Below are positions 13,501-26,093 of a stretch of DNA of 64,000 bases, in pieces (the first letter of the stretch is position 1; each line of letters starts with the position of its first letter). The position numbers and the translations under genes were made by a program. The notes beneath the pieces are model-generated. The model was not told where the DNA came from, made no database searches, and was given only the letters and a program-made list of their open reading frames with translations. The DNA comes from Euglena gracilis (taxonomy: Eukaryota): assembly GCA_039621445.1 (NCBI GenBank), contig CP154954.1, positions 38,897,816 to 38,961,815 of the forward strand. Reading direction: 5' to 3'.

Positions 13501-16500
13501 GTCCCAGAGAACGCCACATTTGGCCGTTTTGTGCCCCGTCCCCTCCAGTGAAGAGAATTTGCCCAGAGGGAGGATGCACCGCTCTATCATGAACCGGTCC
13601 ACCTGATGCTCAGCTGAAGAGATCCGCATTTTCCGGTGGCTATTTTGGTTTAAGTTTGGGGGAATGAGAAGAGTCAGGCTGGATCCTGGAGTTGTGTTCC
13701 CGGTTTCAAAAAGTTTGGGATGAACACGGACATGAATATTAGGCTGAATTTCATGCCAAATTTCCATCCAAATTCAGTGTTTCTTCAGGCCTGAACTTCT
13801 CTCAACACTACCCCTGCCCCTGACCCTGAGCATAGATTCACAAAACACCTGTGACCTCTCCCCCCCAGGAGGGGGCGGTGCCCCCCCTTCCCCGGGGGGG
13901 TGGGCACCATGGGTCAGGTTTTTGCCCATGTCCCGGCCGGAGACCAGGCCGGAAAAAATTTTCAGCGTTTTTTTCGGCCGGTTTTGGCTGGATTTTGGAT
14001 GGGTGGGTGGGTGGTTGACCCCCCGGGGGGGGGGGGTTGTGGGTGAGTGGGTTTTCAAAAAAGTGGGTGGGTTGCTTTGGGCCTGGGAAAAGTCAAACCC
14101 TTTGATTTTTCCAGTCAAACCCTTTGCTTTTTCAGAGGCGTTGCAAAATAGTGATGCCAAAGTATTTGACAGGGGGGAGCATGAAAACCAAGGGAAACAC
14201 GGGCCGACGTGCAAGCACTTATGAAATGACTGGGTGTGACCAGGCGCGACTGGCATAACTGGCTATTTTTCACCACTTTAGCCATTTTTTTTTGGCATTT
14301 TTGTCCCTTTTGGCCCGTTTTGGCCACTTTTAGCAACTGTGGGCCACTGACCATTTTTGCCCACGTTTGCCCACGTTTGTAAGGCTTTTTTTGGCCATTT
14401 TTTGGTCCACCAAATGGCAAAGAAGGTCGCTTTTTGCTGCTTTTGCTTGCTTTTGTACATTTTTAACATTTGTAATATATTTCTTGCAGGTTTTTGACAA
14501 TTTTTTAGCAACTTTTGGCCACCTTTGGACCATTTTTGGTCAGTTTTTGGCCATTTCCCCCCCTATTTTTGAAATCGAAATCAGCAACAAGTGGCCAAAA
14601 GAAGACAAAAGCAACAAAAGAGGCCAAAAGCAATTGAAAGCAGCAAAAAGTAGCCAAAAGCCATCAAAGGTAGCAACGAGTGGCCAAAAGCGTCAAAAGA
14701 AGCAAAAGGTAGCCAAAAGCAGTTGAAAGCAGCAAAAAAAGTGACCAAAAGTGGCCAAAAAGCAGTGGGCAATAGTGGACAAAAAAGACAGCCAAGACAG
14801 CCAAGATGGCCAAAAGCGGCCTCAAACTGGCCAAAAAGCAGCAGAAGCAGCCTACAGTGGGCAAAAGTGGCCAAAGGCGGCAAAAGTGAGCAAAGAAGGC
14901 CAAATTTGGCCAAAAGCGACCCAAAAGCAACCAAGAGATACAAAAAAGCAACAAAAAGCAACCAAAAGTGGCCAAAGACCACTAGTAGCAGCCAGAAGTG
15001 GGCAAACGTGCCAAAAAAAATCTTTTAAAGTTGGGGTGACCGGGATTTCTGTTGGCGTGACTGGGCGTGACTGGGTCTGACTGTGTCTGGGACCCTAGGT
15101 GACCACAGGTGCTTGCCGACGTGCAGGGGCCCAATTGTGTAGAGGGAAGGGGGGGGGGGCGTCTCCGCCGCCGGGTTGCATTCGGTCCCGACCGGGGGGA
15201 AGGAGCCGCCGCCTTTTCCCGCCTCGCCCCCCACTGCCCCGTGCCCGGCCGCAGCCAACAACTTCGGCCCCGAGGGGGCCCACCACCTGGCGGGGGCCCT
15301 GCGAGAGAACGCCACCCTGCAGGGCATCTGGTTGGCCTGTGTGTGCCCTGCCTTGCTGGGTGGGGGGCCCGTGAGCATCCCGAGCAGCCCCAGGGCGAGT
15401 GTGGTGGGCGGAGTGGCGGGGCGGAGGGACACACATGCCTTCGGTTCGGGGGGGGGGGGCGTCCCCCAAGAGTTGAGTCATTGGTGACAACTGTGGTTCA
15501 ATTCCGTGCCCGAGCGCTGCCGTTGCACGGCCCAGCCCAGCGGGGGGGGGGGTCCCTGCCCTGCCCTCTGCCTGCCGCCGCAGTCAACGCCATCGGGACC
15601 CAAGGGGCCCGGCACCTGGCGGCGGCCCTGGACGTGAACACCGCGCTGCAGGAGGTCTACCTGGGCGGTGTGCCCCGGCCAACGGATTGGGGGTTGGCTG
15701 CAGTGTGCGGCTGGCTCACCGCAGCCTCCATGACCTGGCACCTGGGTGGGCGTCGCTCTCCAGGCATTCGGGTGTTGAAACCAGGCTTCTCGTGAGGTTG
15801 GGATGGGCCAACCCCCCCCCCCCCCCGGGGTCCTGCACAGCGGGCCTGGAAGTTGGACCAGCCGAAAGTTTTTGTGCTAACGAAATTTTTCTCCAGCACA
15901 AATTTTTTCGTCCGAAATAGGTGGCCCCCCGGGGGGGTCCCACACCGACTTGGGTCTGTGGGTGGAGAACCCCCTCCCAATGGGGGGGGGGCAAAAAAGA
16001 AGTTTGGGGGCGTACTGTTGGTAACCGGTGGGGCGGTGGGGAGGGGGGGGGGAGGTCAGGTTTTCTGGTTGCAAGCACACCCGGCCAAAAAAGTGTTGGG
16101 GTCAGGCTTCTGCCTAAGGGTTCGTACAGTGGGGGAAACTACTCGTACAGCAAAGGGGTCATAACTACTTGTACACCCCCCAAGGAAAAATGTGAAGCAC
16201 GACGTAGCAAGCATCCACGTCGCATTATTGCCACAGTGTGCAGGCATTATGGGCCACTGAGCGTTCAGTAGCTGGTGGGGCCTCCACGGGCTGCGATAAG
16301 CGCCTGCATGCAGCTTGGCAGCGAGGCATACAAACTGTGCACATAGCTTGCAGGCACAGCTGCAAAGGCCTCTTGTAGAGCGCTCCACAATTGTTCCCGT
16401 CCAGTGAACACGGCTCCATCAAGATGCCTCAGAACCCAAGGCCACAGATGTTCGATCGGGTTCATGTCTGGAGGCATCGGCGGCCAGACTCCAGCGTTGT

Positions 16501-19153
16501 GACGCGCCACCCGCTGGCGATGCAACCACCAAGATGTGCTGGTTGCCCGATGCGCCGGCGCTCTTTCTTGCTAAAATGTCCAGCCACGACCCCTGCACAA
16601 TAGGGCGGAGTGGCAGCAGGTACTCAGGTGTCCCTGGGGCTGCACACCCTGGCTTGATGAAGGTCTTGGCGCAATGAAGGATGGTTCTGTACTCAACTGT
16701 GTTGACACCATCGAAGACAGATTGCGCCGTTGGACTTCATGTTGGCCCAGATCATCAGGGATTCCGGCTTCTGGACAGTCGGGACGGTGTACTTTGCGGT
16801 GTACCTCGACTCCCGAACGAGTTTCCAGCACCTGAAAACAGAAAAGAACCAATGCCAGACACAGTTACCGTCCAAACCATGGTGACAGAGCGATCTAGAC
16901 GAGCAAGGCTGAAGAAACATACCTCACTTGCCCCCCAGGCCTCACCCAGAAGTTCTTTTGGTCCGATTTCGACCAGTCGGACACCCGATGCTTCCTGGCG
17001 TACTCCAGCCTCTGGCGCTTGCTCGTCTGGGACAGCAGTGGCTTGCGCATGGCCGGAACACTGCGGAACCCCAGCCGACGCAACATCCGCTGCACGGGTG
17101 ACTTTGAAGGGCGCCCTGGTATCTGCAAATGCATACAGCAACACAGACAAGCCCTGGAAGGATTCGTGCACCTGTACCACAGCTCCAGGGGGTCGGGTGG
17201 TCAATGCTGCATGTCGGCGTGCAACTGCTCGGCCAGCCGGGTCGCCCCCCCAGAAAGGATGTTTGTTGGCGCGGCGGAACAGCGCGTTTTTGTACCTGAG
17301 CAGGCGTAAACACGTTGACTCACCCGTCAAAAAGGTGGGAAATCGCACCTCTGTGATGCCACAGGGAGACGCCCACCACCAGTCCATGCGGCGATTTGCC
17401 CTGAATCCCGAATCTGCTTGACAATGGGCTGCACGGTGCTGCGGCCGAGACGTTCGGCAGTGGCGATGGCCCCATAGCTGGAGCCACCACAAAAGGAAGC
17501 CCAAATCCAGGCCCGCTGAGCATCACGCTCAGGGCCGGTTCGCTTGGGTGGCATTGTGCAGAAATGCTCTGCGGACACGCAGGAGCACTTTTTTTGTTAC
17601 CATGCCACCAAATGGGACAGGCAACATGGCAACACGCACGTCGTACGGACCTCCGGTGGATCTTTCACATTTTTCCTTGGGGGGTGTACGAGTAGTTATG
17701 ACCCCTTTGCTGTACGAGTAGTTTTGACCCCTACTGTACACCCCCCCCCCCCGTAGGGGGCTGGACTGCAGCTGGTCCAGCCAGTGGAAATCCTTGTTGA
17801 CTTTCTCCTCCGCTTCTCCTCCGGGGGAGGGGTCTGCTAGCAAGGCTAGCTTGTGGGAAAATCCCCCCCAGTGACTGGCGCAAAGTGCGAAGTGCCGTAA
17901 TTGTTTTGACCCAAAACCTGCCAAAAATGACGCTTTTTTGGGATTTTTGGGATTTTTTTTGAGCAACTCAAACAAAAACAAGTCAAAAACTTTTTGCAAC
18001 GTGGCACGCAGAATATTTTCCTTCCTGGGGTAGGGGGCGGCAGCTACTGGCTCTTTTTCTATTGGCCAGCAAAATGACGAGTTTGTGGGCCCCGAGGACT
18101 TGTAAGCAAAAGCCTGGCTGGGGTCCTCAAAATGGCCATTTTCAAGGAGAATTTCGACTGGGTCAGAGCAGCTGGGACTCAAATCAACCCCCAACCTTGC
18201 TTTTTTTTTCGTATTTGGGGGGTTGCTAAAATGAATTTGACCCCCGAAGAATGAAATTTTGACGTTTTAGCAAGCAGTGCAGTACACCCTCAAAGGCTTG
18301 TCTTTTCTGCCTTTTTTTTGCGGCTGGAGGTGTCTAAACAAAAGCAGCCCAAGTTTTCCAAGGCTATTAGAATTTATTTGTCCCCCAAACCAATGTTAAG
18401 GCTTCATTTCAAGGCCCTTGGGTAGAGACAATTACCTTTTTTTTTAGTGTCTCCAAATTTCATTGCCACCAATTCAGTCGAAGTACCATTCAGCCATTAC
18501 CACAGCCTCTACCACACCAGTATTCTTTGTGCATTCCCTCGAATTCCTTGATGCGTGAATGTGTATGGTATTTTCTAGGGGCTTCATATTTGGGTGGGGT
18601 TTTTTGTATGGGTGTCAAAATCAAACCCCTTGAAGGGGTTTTGTTTTCTGGGGGGGGGGGGGCTTCATATTTGGGGGATTTGTTAAATTCAGATCCAGAG
18701 ACAAATCCAATTTCTTTACCAGAACCAGAACTCCAGGATTTCTTTAATAAATCCAGAGATTTGTTAAATAAATTGGTCACAGCCACCCTCATAGCAGAGG
18801 CATCAAGGCATCAAGGCATCAAAAAATTACTGAGCAAGCAGGAAAGTGTTCTTGCTGTTGAAAACCATATTATTTGAAAGACACCATTAGAAAAGCCTGT
18901 GTTTTTTTTAAAAAAAAACGTTCAAGATATTTCCCGAGAACAATGCGCAAATTTTTAAAAAGCAGTGGGAATTGGCTCATTTACAACCAACCCCATCGAC
19001 ATATATTCGACCACCCGATGTCCGAGCGACCACCCTGTCGGTGAAAGGAGTTTTGGGCACTTCCTACCCTTTCCCCAGACAACGGGATCGACCGACAACT
19101 GTTGGATTTGATCAAGGAACAGGTTCGGATGAATCGCAACCCAGGACTCCGAC
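976..19153 (+). CDS. Ribonuclease-inhibitor-like (NLRC3-type) leucine-rich repeat protein, partial, multi-exon; 5' end not identified (probably outside window), 3' end uncertain
   Basis: Eight exons of exactly 84 bp, each bounded by AG and GT(G/A)(T/C)G with phase-1 introns: 976-1059, 1875-1958, 2531-2614, 6231-6314, 7310-7393, 13133-13216, 15255-15338, 15584-15667. Each encodes one 28-aa repeat, e.g. NGIGPEGARHLAEVLKVNATLQEIYLD and NDIGPEGARRLAAALERNVTLREIHLY. A 75-bp phase-1 capping exon 19079-19153 follows (DNGIDRQLLDLIKEQVRMNRNPGLR). The joined frame has no stops. Confidence 0.92.
1380..1770. repeat. Dispersed repeat with ttattatttggggg motifs; second copy at ~22315-22690
   Basis: Same-orientation similar copies (ggtttattatttggaca..gaagtcggggtcc, ttttctgcaccaat, cacacctgcc.gagggggg). 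Confidence 0.8.
3280..4725. repeat. Repeat-derived region with duplicated blocks and (TATGGGGGG)n arrays
   Basis: Recurrent ttttgag.cgaaaa.gagcgtttt blocks; two tatgggggg arrays (~4100-4155, ~4634-4700) bounded by inverted ends (atggcacaaagtggggccccc / gggggccccattttgtgccat). Confidence 0.55.
10026..13014. mobile_element. ~3-kb non-autonomous TIR element rich in TTTGCGCAAA/ATGCGCGCAT palindromes
   Basis: About 65-bp imperfect TIRs (gcggccgaattcgcacttaagctttttt..gatgcgcgcatttgcgcaaatttacgat at 10026; reverse complement ending 13014). Many internal palindromic motifs and a ~150-bp hairpin at 11820-11970. No transposase recognised and no clear TSD. Confidence 0.7.
12455..12862. repeat. Dispersed ~400-bp repeat, inverted copy at ~46229-46640
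   Basis: Highly similar sequence on the opposite strand (e.g. caaggcgccgcaagcaacgcagtccggcaaacacccagga). The translations in ORFs 12230-12970(-) and 45992-46624(+) are nearly identical over this stretch. Confidence 0.85.
14255..15020. repeat. Degenerate foldback-like low-complexity repeat (TTTTGGCCA half facing TGGCCAAAA half)
   Basis: A T-rich tttggcca-type tract switches strand at ~14570 to an A-rich tggccaaaa-type tract. Confidence 0.6.
16127..17736 (-). mobile_element. Tc1/mariner (IS630-Tc1-mariner) DNA transposon, DD37E spacing, decayed
   Basis: TA at 16125-16126 and 17737-17738. TIRs of about 72 bp: cagtggggg-aaactactcgtacagcaaaggggtcataactac..ccccccaaggaaaaatgtgaa, with the reverse complement at ~17664-17736. 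Lies in an intron of the LRR gene. Confidence 0.93.
16265..17554 (-). pseudogene. Tc1-family transposase pseudogene with four short GT-AG introns
   Basis: Minus-strand segments: HTH-like MPPKRTG..GSSYGAIATAERLGRSTVQPIVKQ; RRLGFRSVPAMRKPLLSQTSKRQRLEYARKH; TVPTVQKPESLMIWA; F*QERAPAH; WPPMPPDMNPIEHLW..MQALIAARGGPTSY. Introns 17296-17348, 17123-17171, 16832-16922, 16593-16647. Frameshifts, an in-frame TAG and D-to-E at the second catalytic position indicate inactivity. Confidence 0.85.
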
Positions 19154-22100
19154 GTGTGTTTCCCCTGCCCCTGAGTGATTTTGGCCGTCGCCGAGGCTTT
19201 ATCGGCAGCTTGCACGTGGATGTCCTTGGCAACCATTTGCATTCCACCCCCCCCCCCCCAATGGACACATTGAAGGCTCTCTCCAGTGGACATCAAGGTG
19301 ACGCTTTGATATCCATGTGTGGACACCGAAAAAAGAATATTTTTTGTGAGGGGACACCGGAAGAATTTTTATGTGTTACACAAAAAAAATTGTGTTTCAT
19401 TTATGAACACCAAAGTTTTTTTTGTGGTTTTGTGGACACCAACAAGACCACAACAGTTCTTCTGTTGCAGCAAGAACTTGCTGCAACAAATTCTTGCAGC
19501 AAGAATTTGTTGCCGCAAATTCTTGCCGCAACAAGAATTTGCGGCAAATTCTTGTTGCCGCAAAACAACAAGAATTTTGCGGCTCCCAACTTTATGTGAA
19601 CCACAAAAAATGGACAACTGAGCCCTGATCGTCCCTGGGCAGCGGTCCACCCCTTGTTCACAACAAGAAGGGCAAGGTCTTGCATCAGAATTTTTGTCTT
19701 TGTCACAGAGGCAAAACAGGAGCGGTTGAAAGCGCAACAGCAGAGGTGTGTCAGCGACGTTTCCCCAAATCTAATGCTGGCGTTAAAGGTCATTTTTGCC
19801 TCGTGTTGACAACAGTCAAAACGTTCGTTCCCAACCAGAGGCTATACGGCTGTGATGGAGCCCTGACAATGCAATGCATTGTGCAGTTTATGGCTTGACC
19901 CAGCTTGCACGGCGGCATTGGCCCGGTGGTGCGGCTAGTCAAGCTAACCACCCCATTTTTCACCGAGAAAAAAGTGTCTGCTTATTTCGGAACTGATTGG
20001 TCTTTTCATGGGAAAGCTTCTGCTTGTTTCATTGTTCTCCGTTGGACGCTCATGAGGTGCTGTTCAGGTCCAGCAAGGGTCGGGAGGTCTTTTGTGTTCC
20101 TCAGGGTAGCCGGTTGACAGAAGCCGGCCCTGACAATGACAACTAACTCCCGCCTGTTGACCGGCCCCAACCCCTGACCTCCTTCCCCACACTGCAGTGT
20201 TCCCCTGCTGCTCGCAGCCTCAGCTGTTTGAACTTTTGGCATCGGACCAAACAAAATGACGACGTTATCGTCCCTTCTTTTCTCACACTGCCTGCCAGGC
20301 ACGTGCAAATCGCCAGCCGCCTCAAACAGGGGTTCCCCCGAATCCCCCCCAGGCAGTTCATGGGATAAGGGGGGGGGGTTCGACCACCCTGGGATCCCCC
20401 TGGAGTCAAAATGTTTTCTTCTCTGTTTGTGATGCTGAAAATCAAAACCCCCCAGCGCAAGGTAATGGGTGGGTTTCACTGGGATTGGGTGGGAGTAATG
20501 CAGGTCCTAAAGGTCGATCAATCATTGGCATTCTCCAGAACAGGCAGATCATTCAGGCACCAGCCAAAAGCCTGCCCAATGGCCCTGGGTCGGGAGGGGG
20601 ATCCACCTGTGTCCTCTCACTGCTGTTTCGTAATATGTTGATTTTTGAAGGGGGAATGAATGACATAAAAGCTTCAAAAAATGTAAAACTTAAGGGAGAA
20701 ACAAAAAACGAGCAATCCTCGCTATTATCCAAAATTTGTGCAATGAAAGAATGTTGAATGAAAACTTTGAAGGTGCAGGAAACTGCGCAGAAAAGTGAGA
20801 AATGAGCAAAATGTGGTGGCGTAACGCCGGGTGGCCATATTCACCGGATTTGGGTGTACTCCTCCCACTTGGAGAGGGGGTGGACCCAACATCTCACCAA
20901 TCACCTCGGAATCGAAGGGCGGACCGTGCATCACGGAGAGACCACCTCCCGACACGTTTGTGTTGGGTGGGGCAATGGGTGTTGGGTGCGGCGCTGATGA
21001 GGGTGGTTCAGCATTCACTGCTGATTGATTAATTTCTTGATTATTAAATATGAAAACAGAATCCAAATCAAGAATTTGTGGTTGTTGGTCATTGTAATAA
21101 ATTACTTGGTTGAAAACTTCTAATGGAGTGGAGTGAACCCCAGGTATAACCTGAGCACAACCGTGTTAAATGAATTCATCTTTGGAAATCGATTTGGAGA
21201 TAATGCGGGGTAATATTGGGTGAATTTCAAGACAACAAAAATGTAATCCAAAAGAAATCATTGGAATTGCGGGGGGTCGGTACGTCGTAGGTCAGTCAAG
21301 GCCTGCCCAACCTCCGGGCTGCAAAAAAATTCCAGGGTTTTCAGCCGATTCTGGTTTGGTTTTGGGTGGGTGGGAGGGTTGATTCCCGAGGTGGGGGGTC
21401 GTGCATGGGTGGTTTTTTTTCCGAAAAAATGGGCGGGTGGTTTGGACCCAGGAAAAAGTGCCCTGAGCACAGTATTCTACGTCGCCATTGTATGTCTATC
21501 ACGATTCCATGTCACCACCAAACCCCCCCCAATTTTTGGTTCACAAATTTTCATCAAGGACCATCAGTAGGATTTTACACAAAGTCTGCCCCAAAAGGTG
21601 GGGTCCGGTGGTATGTGTATATTTCATCGCCCCCCACCCGTCTCTTCTCAGCCGGGGAAAGCGATTTTAGATGGACGCCTCCCCCAGTGGCCAGAGTTCT
21701 TTACCCGCCGAAGGCCACCGGTGACTCCCTCCCCAACATGTGGTGACTGGCAGGTTGAATTTCAAGGCGTGGCCGACCCCATCCTCGGCACATGCCTCGG
21801 AAGGCAAACCCCCTGATTTGCCCCTGTGGGGCAGGGTATTAAGTGAGCGGTGGTTTTGCAGGGGGGGGGGTCAGGGGTCCCTGGCCACTCACCACACAAA
21901 CTGGGCCAGAAGCCAGAAGCGAATCAGTGCCAGCCATAAACAGACAAGAAGCCTTAGCGCAACTAAGGGGGGGAGGGGGGGTCCAGACCACCTCCCTCCC
22001 TCCTTGGACCGGGGGGGGGGGGTCCGGGACCACCCCTTTATTATTATATTTGGCTTTATATTTGGGGGGGGTACCACAGCACCAGCACAACACAGACACA

Positions 22101-24761
22101 CATTGTCAAACCATCAAAACATTATTTTTTCCTCTACCCATCCCGAATAACAGCGTTCATTTGCTGCACATATTTGGGTTTGGGTTGAATTTTATATGTG
22201 GGGTTGTAATATGTGGTTTGCTTTATGTCGAAAATTCGGCCGTTCAAAACGCCCCCGGGAACCCCCAAAATTCTTCAAGCGCAAAGCGCCGGATTAGAAG
22301 ATATATGGTGTAAACCCCCAAATAATAACCCCCTCGGTTTATTATTTGGACAATCGAAGTCGGGGTCCAGGGGGGGGGGTTATTATTTGGGGGGGGGTTA
22401 TTATTTGGGCAAAATTACCGAAGTCGAAAATCGATCCAAAAACCCCTCCACAGGCCCCAATAGTCGCTTTTTTGGCATTTTTGGAATTTTTTAAAAAATG
22501 GGTGCTTTTTTGACATATTTTCTGCACCAATCTTATCCATTTTTATTTTTTTTGCAACATTTCTGCTAATTTTTGACTCTTTTTTTTCCTTTGCCTTCAC
22601 ACCTGCCGGAGGGGGGGTTTATTATTTGGGCGGCTGCAGTCGGTCCTCAAGGGGGAGTTTATTATTTGGGGGGTTATTATTTGGGGGGGTTATATTGTTT
22701 TGTGTGTATGTTATTTTTTTTAAAAAAAAGAAAACCGCGTGAAAACGCAATTTTTGGGCCTTTTTCAAGGCCCAAAGTAATTTTCCGCGCAAAGCGCCAG
22801 AAATTTTTTTTGCACGGGGGGTGGTCCGACCCCCCCCCCCCCGGGGGATCCAGACCCCCCTCCCCGCTCACTTAATACCCTTGGGGGGGGGCAGTGGGCA
22901 CTCTGCCATGGCTCTCTGGCGCCGACTCGGAGACCCCTCCCCCCAGGTGATCAAAGTCATCCAACTCAAATCCATCCCAGGCGATCTCTAACGTTGAAAG
23001 AACCCGGAATGGAATTTTCGCAGCTGGAGATGGCCTTTCTGGGTGCCGACGTCGTTGGGACTGGTTGCTAAATGCGATTGGAGGATTGGACTGGATTGCC
23101 CTGGAGGAATTATCCCGGGTGGTGTCACATGTAGTTGCCTCAGGCATTGTTGAAGGTGCCACTGTCACTGCCACTGTCCAGTTGCCTTCTGGGCGGTGTG
23201 GGGGACCTGCCGTTTCCCCCGCAGGGAGCGACTGCAGGCGAGCACCGACCGGCTGGAGCGCCAGGCTGCGACCCTTGACCAGTGGCGCCCTTGGGTGGAC
23301 TGCCCGGGTTGGTCGGATGCGCAGGGGTCCGCGACTCCGCCCAACACTGCATCAACAGGACAAGCCAGTGCCTGAGCAGCTGCGGTGCTGGCAAGGGAAA
23401 AAGAAGGTTGATTGAAGGTTGATTAAGAGACCTTGGTCTGATCTGTCCCTGGGGTGGGCATGCAGGTTAGGGTTCCCGCTGGAAACACTCTGCCACTACG
23501 CGATGAACTTTTTGAAACTGTGGACTGCTGGCATGACCTCCATGGAGCACACCACCAACCGGGAAATACATAGGATAACTTGGTGGCGGGGGAAATTTCC
23601 AGTCGCCACAAGAGATCCAGAGTCAGCTCCTGAGTCTTTGGGAGGTATTCAGCCAACGGGATCATTTAAGGAGGAAACATGCTGGGAAACCATTGCAATC
23701 ATGTGTGTCTCCACCTCATGGTGCTGAGAAAGTCATTGGCCTCAAAAGAATTCACCCAGGTTGTCGAGTGAAATCCAGTTGGGTGACTCTCAGGCAGAGC
23801 CAAACTCGGTGCATCTGAACAATATTCAACCCACGTTGTCAAATATTTTGGGTATCTCTGCAGTTTTCGCTGCAGACAAAAGCCATTTTGGGGTTTGTTA
23901 TTCCCCCTTCAGGTCCAGACCATGTCACCGCTGAATGATGGTTCGACCAGGCTTGTGCTTAGTCGGGTGCCTACCCCACGGGGGGGGGGTGCTAGGGGCA
24001 GGCACCCCATAGCACCCGATCCACCCCCCCCTCGGGGGGGGGGGTAGGGTTTTGGGGGGTGCCTGCCCCTAGCAGGCACTCCCCTCCGACCCCGGCGCCA
24101 AAGGCGCCGGGGGCCCGGAAAAGGCCATTTTCAATGAAAAATTTCTAGGTCCCCCCCCCCCGGACCCCTACCCCCCCCGGGGGGTGTGCCTGCTAGGGCA
24201 GGCACCCTATAGCACCCCCCCCTCCCCCCCCCCGGTCGGTAAGTACAAGCATGGGTCCGACCCACCGGGTGACCACCAGTGGCTTTGGTGGGTTGTGGAT
24301 CCTCCGACTCAAAGTGGCCAACCCTGGGTTCCGGCAAACAAGTGGCCTCATCCAGACCACCGCCAAGGCCAGCCGCATTTTTTTTTGGGGATGGGGGGGG
24401 TCGCATGATAGCCAGGCCAACCCCCTCGGGCAGTTCACCCGTAAGCCGCTGCCCACAGGGATGCCCATCGGCTGGTGGCGGAGATGGAGAGCCTCGGGTG
24501 TGGTCGGCCATTGGTGCACCCATCCCTTTCGCTCGCCTTCGGGGGGGAGTGAACCCCCCACCCCCATCACGCCTTCCCCCGTTGCCTTCCAAGGACCCCG
24601 GCAAGCTGCACCAATTGCTTGCCCACAGGACGTTTTTTGGAGGGGATGAAATAAAGGCCTTGAAAAAAAGCCACTGGCAAACCTTCGCATACATATATAT
24701 GTATGTATATATATATGTATATATGTACACACACATATTTATGTATATATGTATATATATA

Positions 24762-24808
<47 letters not shown>

Positions 24809-26093
24809 TATATATATATATATATAACCTTCGTATATATTTGTATTTCGGAGGAGAAGGGGTGGCAAGCACATCATTGGTGGTTTTTTGAGGGTTCTTT
24901 TCTCTCAATTTTTGTTTGTGTTTTTTTCCCCAGCGACTTGGGTTACAGTTCAGCATTTCTGTGTCGGGTTTTCACATTGTTCCAGTGGTGACACCTGGGG
25001 AATGGTGCGAATTTGGTGTCTTTGACCCACCGAAACACGTCGCCGAGTTGTGAAACCCGATTGACCCCGCAAACTGATACATTCGCCATAACACACTGAA
25101 ACCCCGGTCATCACCTCCCCCCTTTCCTGTGTGACAACTGCCAGTGCCGGGTGGTGGGAGGTGGGGCGACAGGTGGGACGACACCCCTTTGCCTGCTTTC
25201 TGAAGCCCTGGCGCACGTTGTGGACGTTTTTGAAGTTGTTGCAAAAGGAGTGGAAAGTCACACGTCACGAATAAAGTCGGTAGTAACGGGCTGTTAGAGA
25301 ACTCCACTGGTGGTTGATAAGTGGGATACAGAGCACAGGAGGATTGTTACCAGTGTCCTGTTGGCCCAAATCTTTCAGGATAACATTTAAAAGTGCCGTT
25401 TATTTGATTTTATTTTGAGCTTTGTCTCACCTCCCCGAATCCCATGCAGCCAGCAACATCTCATCAACATCCCATGCAGCCGTTGAAAGGTTCCAAACAA
25501 ACATGCAGGGTGTCATGCACCATGAAAAGTCTTTGTTTCCATCTCCGCGTCCTGGGGCACCAGACCATATGCTGATTACATTGATTGGTTTTGGGAGTCA
25601 GGGTGTTGTCATTTTCATTAAAAATGTCGGTGTGCGCATTTTCAAATACAGGCAAAGGAAAATCCTTTAGTTCAAGTTATGCCTCCAAATAGCAATTTTG
25701 CGATTTTTGCTCGGAAAATTTTCGACCCAGAAAATTTTCACATTTTGGCCCCATTTTTTTTGTCATTTTTGGATCTTTTGCCCTAAAGTTGCCTATTTTT
25801 AGGACCAGCATGTTCCCAAAGTCTAATCAAAATAAAAATTTCCCTGGAGGAGATGAAAAATTTTCTGTCCTCTCCAGCAGAACATCCTGGGGAAGCTCCA
25901 GATTGAATTTACGTGCAAAACGTGTTTTTTTGTGTTTATTTGCGTTTATTTTGTGTTTTTTTTGTGTTTTTTTTTGTCATCTTTTTCGAGGGTCTGTTCT
26001 TTGGAGCCCCTCCCCGTTATACTAAGTGTCCTATTCATTCTTGCAGCTTCTGTTCTCCGTCTTCAAATCCCCCACCATCTCCATTTCCCACAG

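Noticed and set aside
976-15667. Regularly recurring similar 84-bp units as a CRISPR-like array
   Set aside because: The units are divergent protein-coding exons with splice sites and kilobase-scale irregular spacing; no cas genes are present.
20198-20590. Candidate linker exons after acceptors at ~20197, ~20217 and ~20538
   Set aside because: Frame and donors are ambiguous and some frames stop early; cannot be supported without cDNA.
22880-23830. Coding-like stretch, possibly a decayed retroelement or gene
   Set aside because: No recognisable motif, stops in all frames and no consistent splice sites; needs a homology search.
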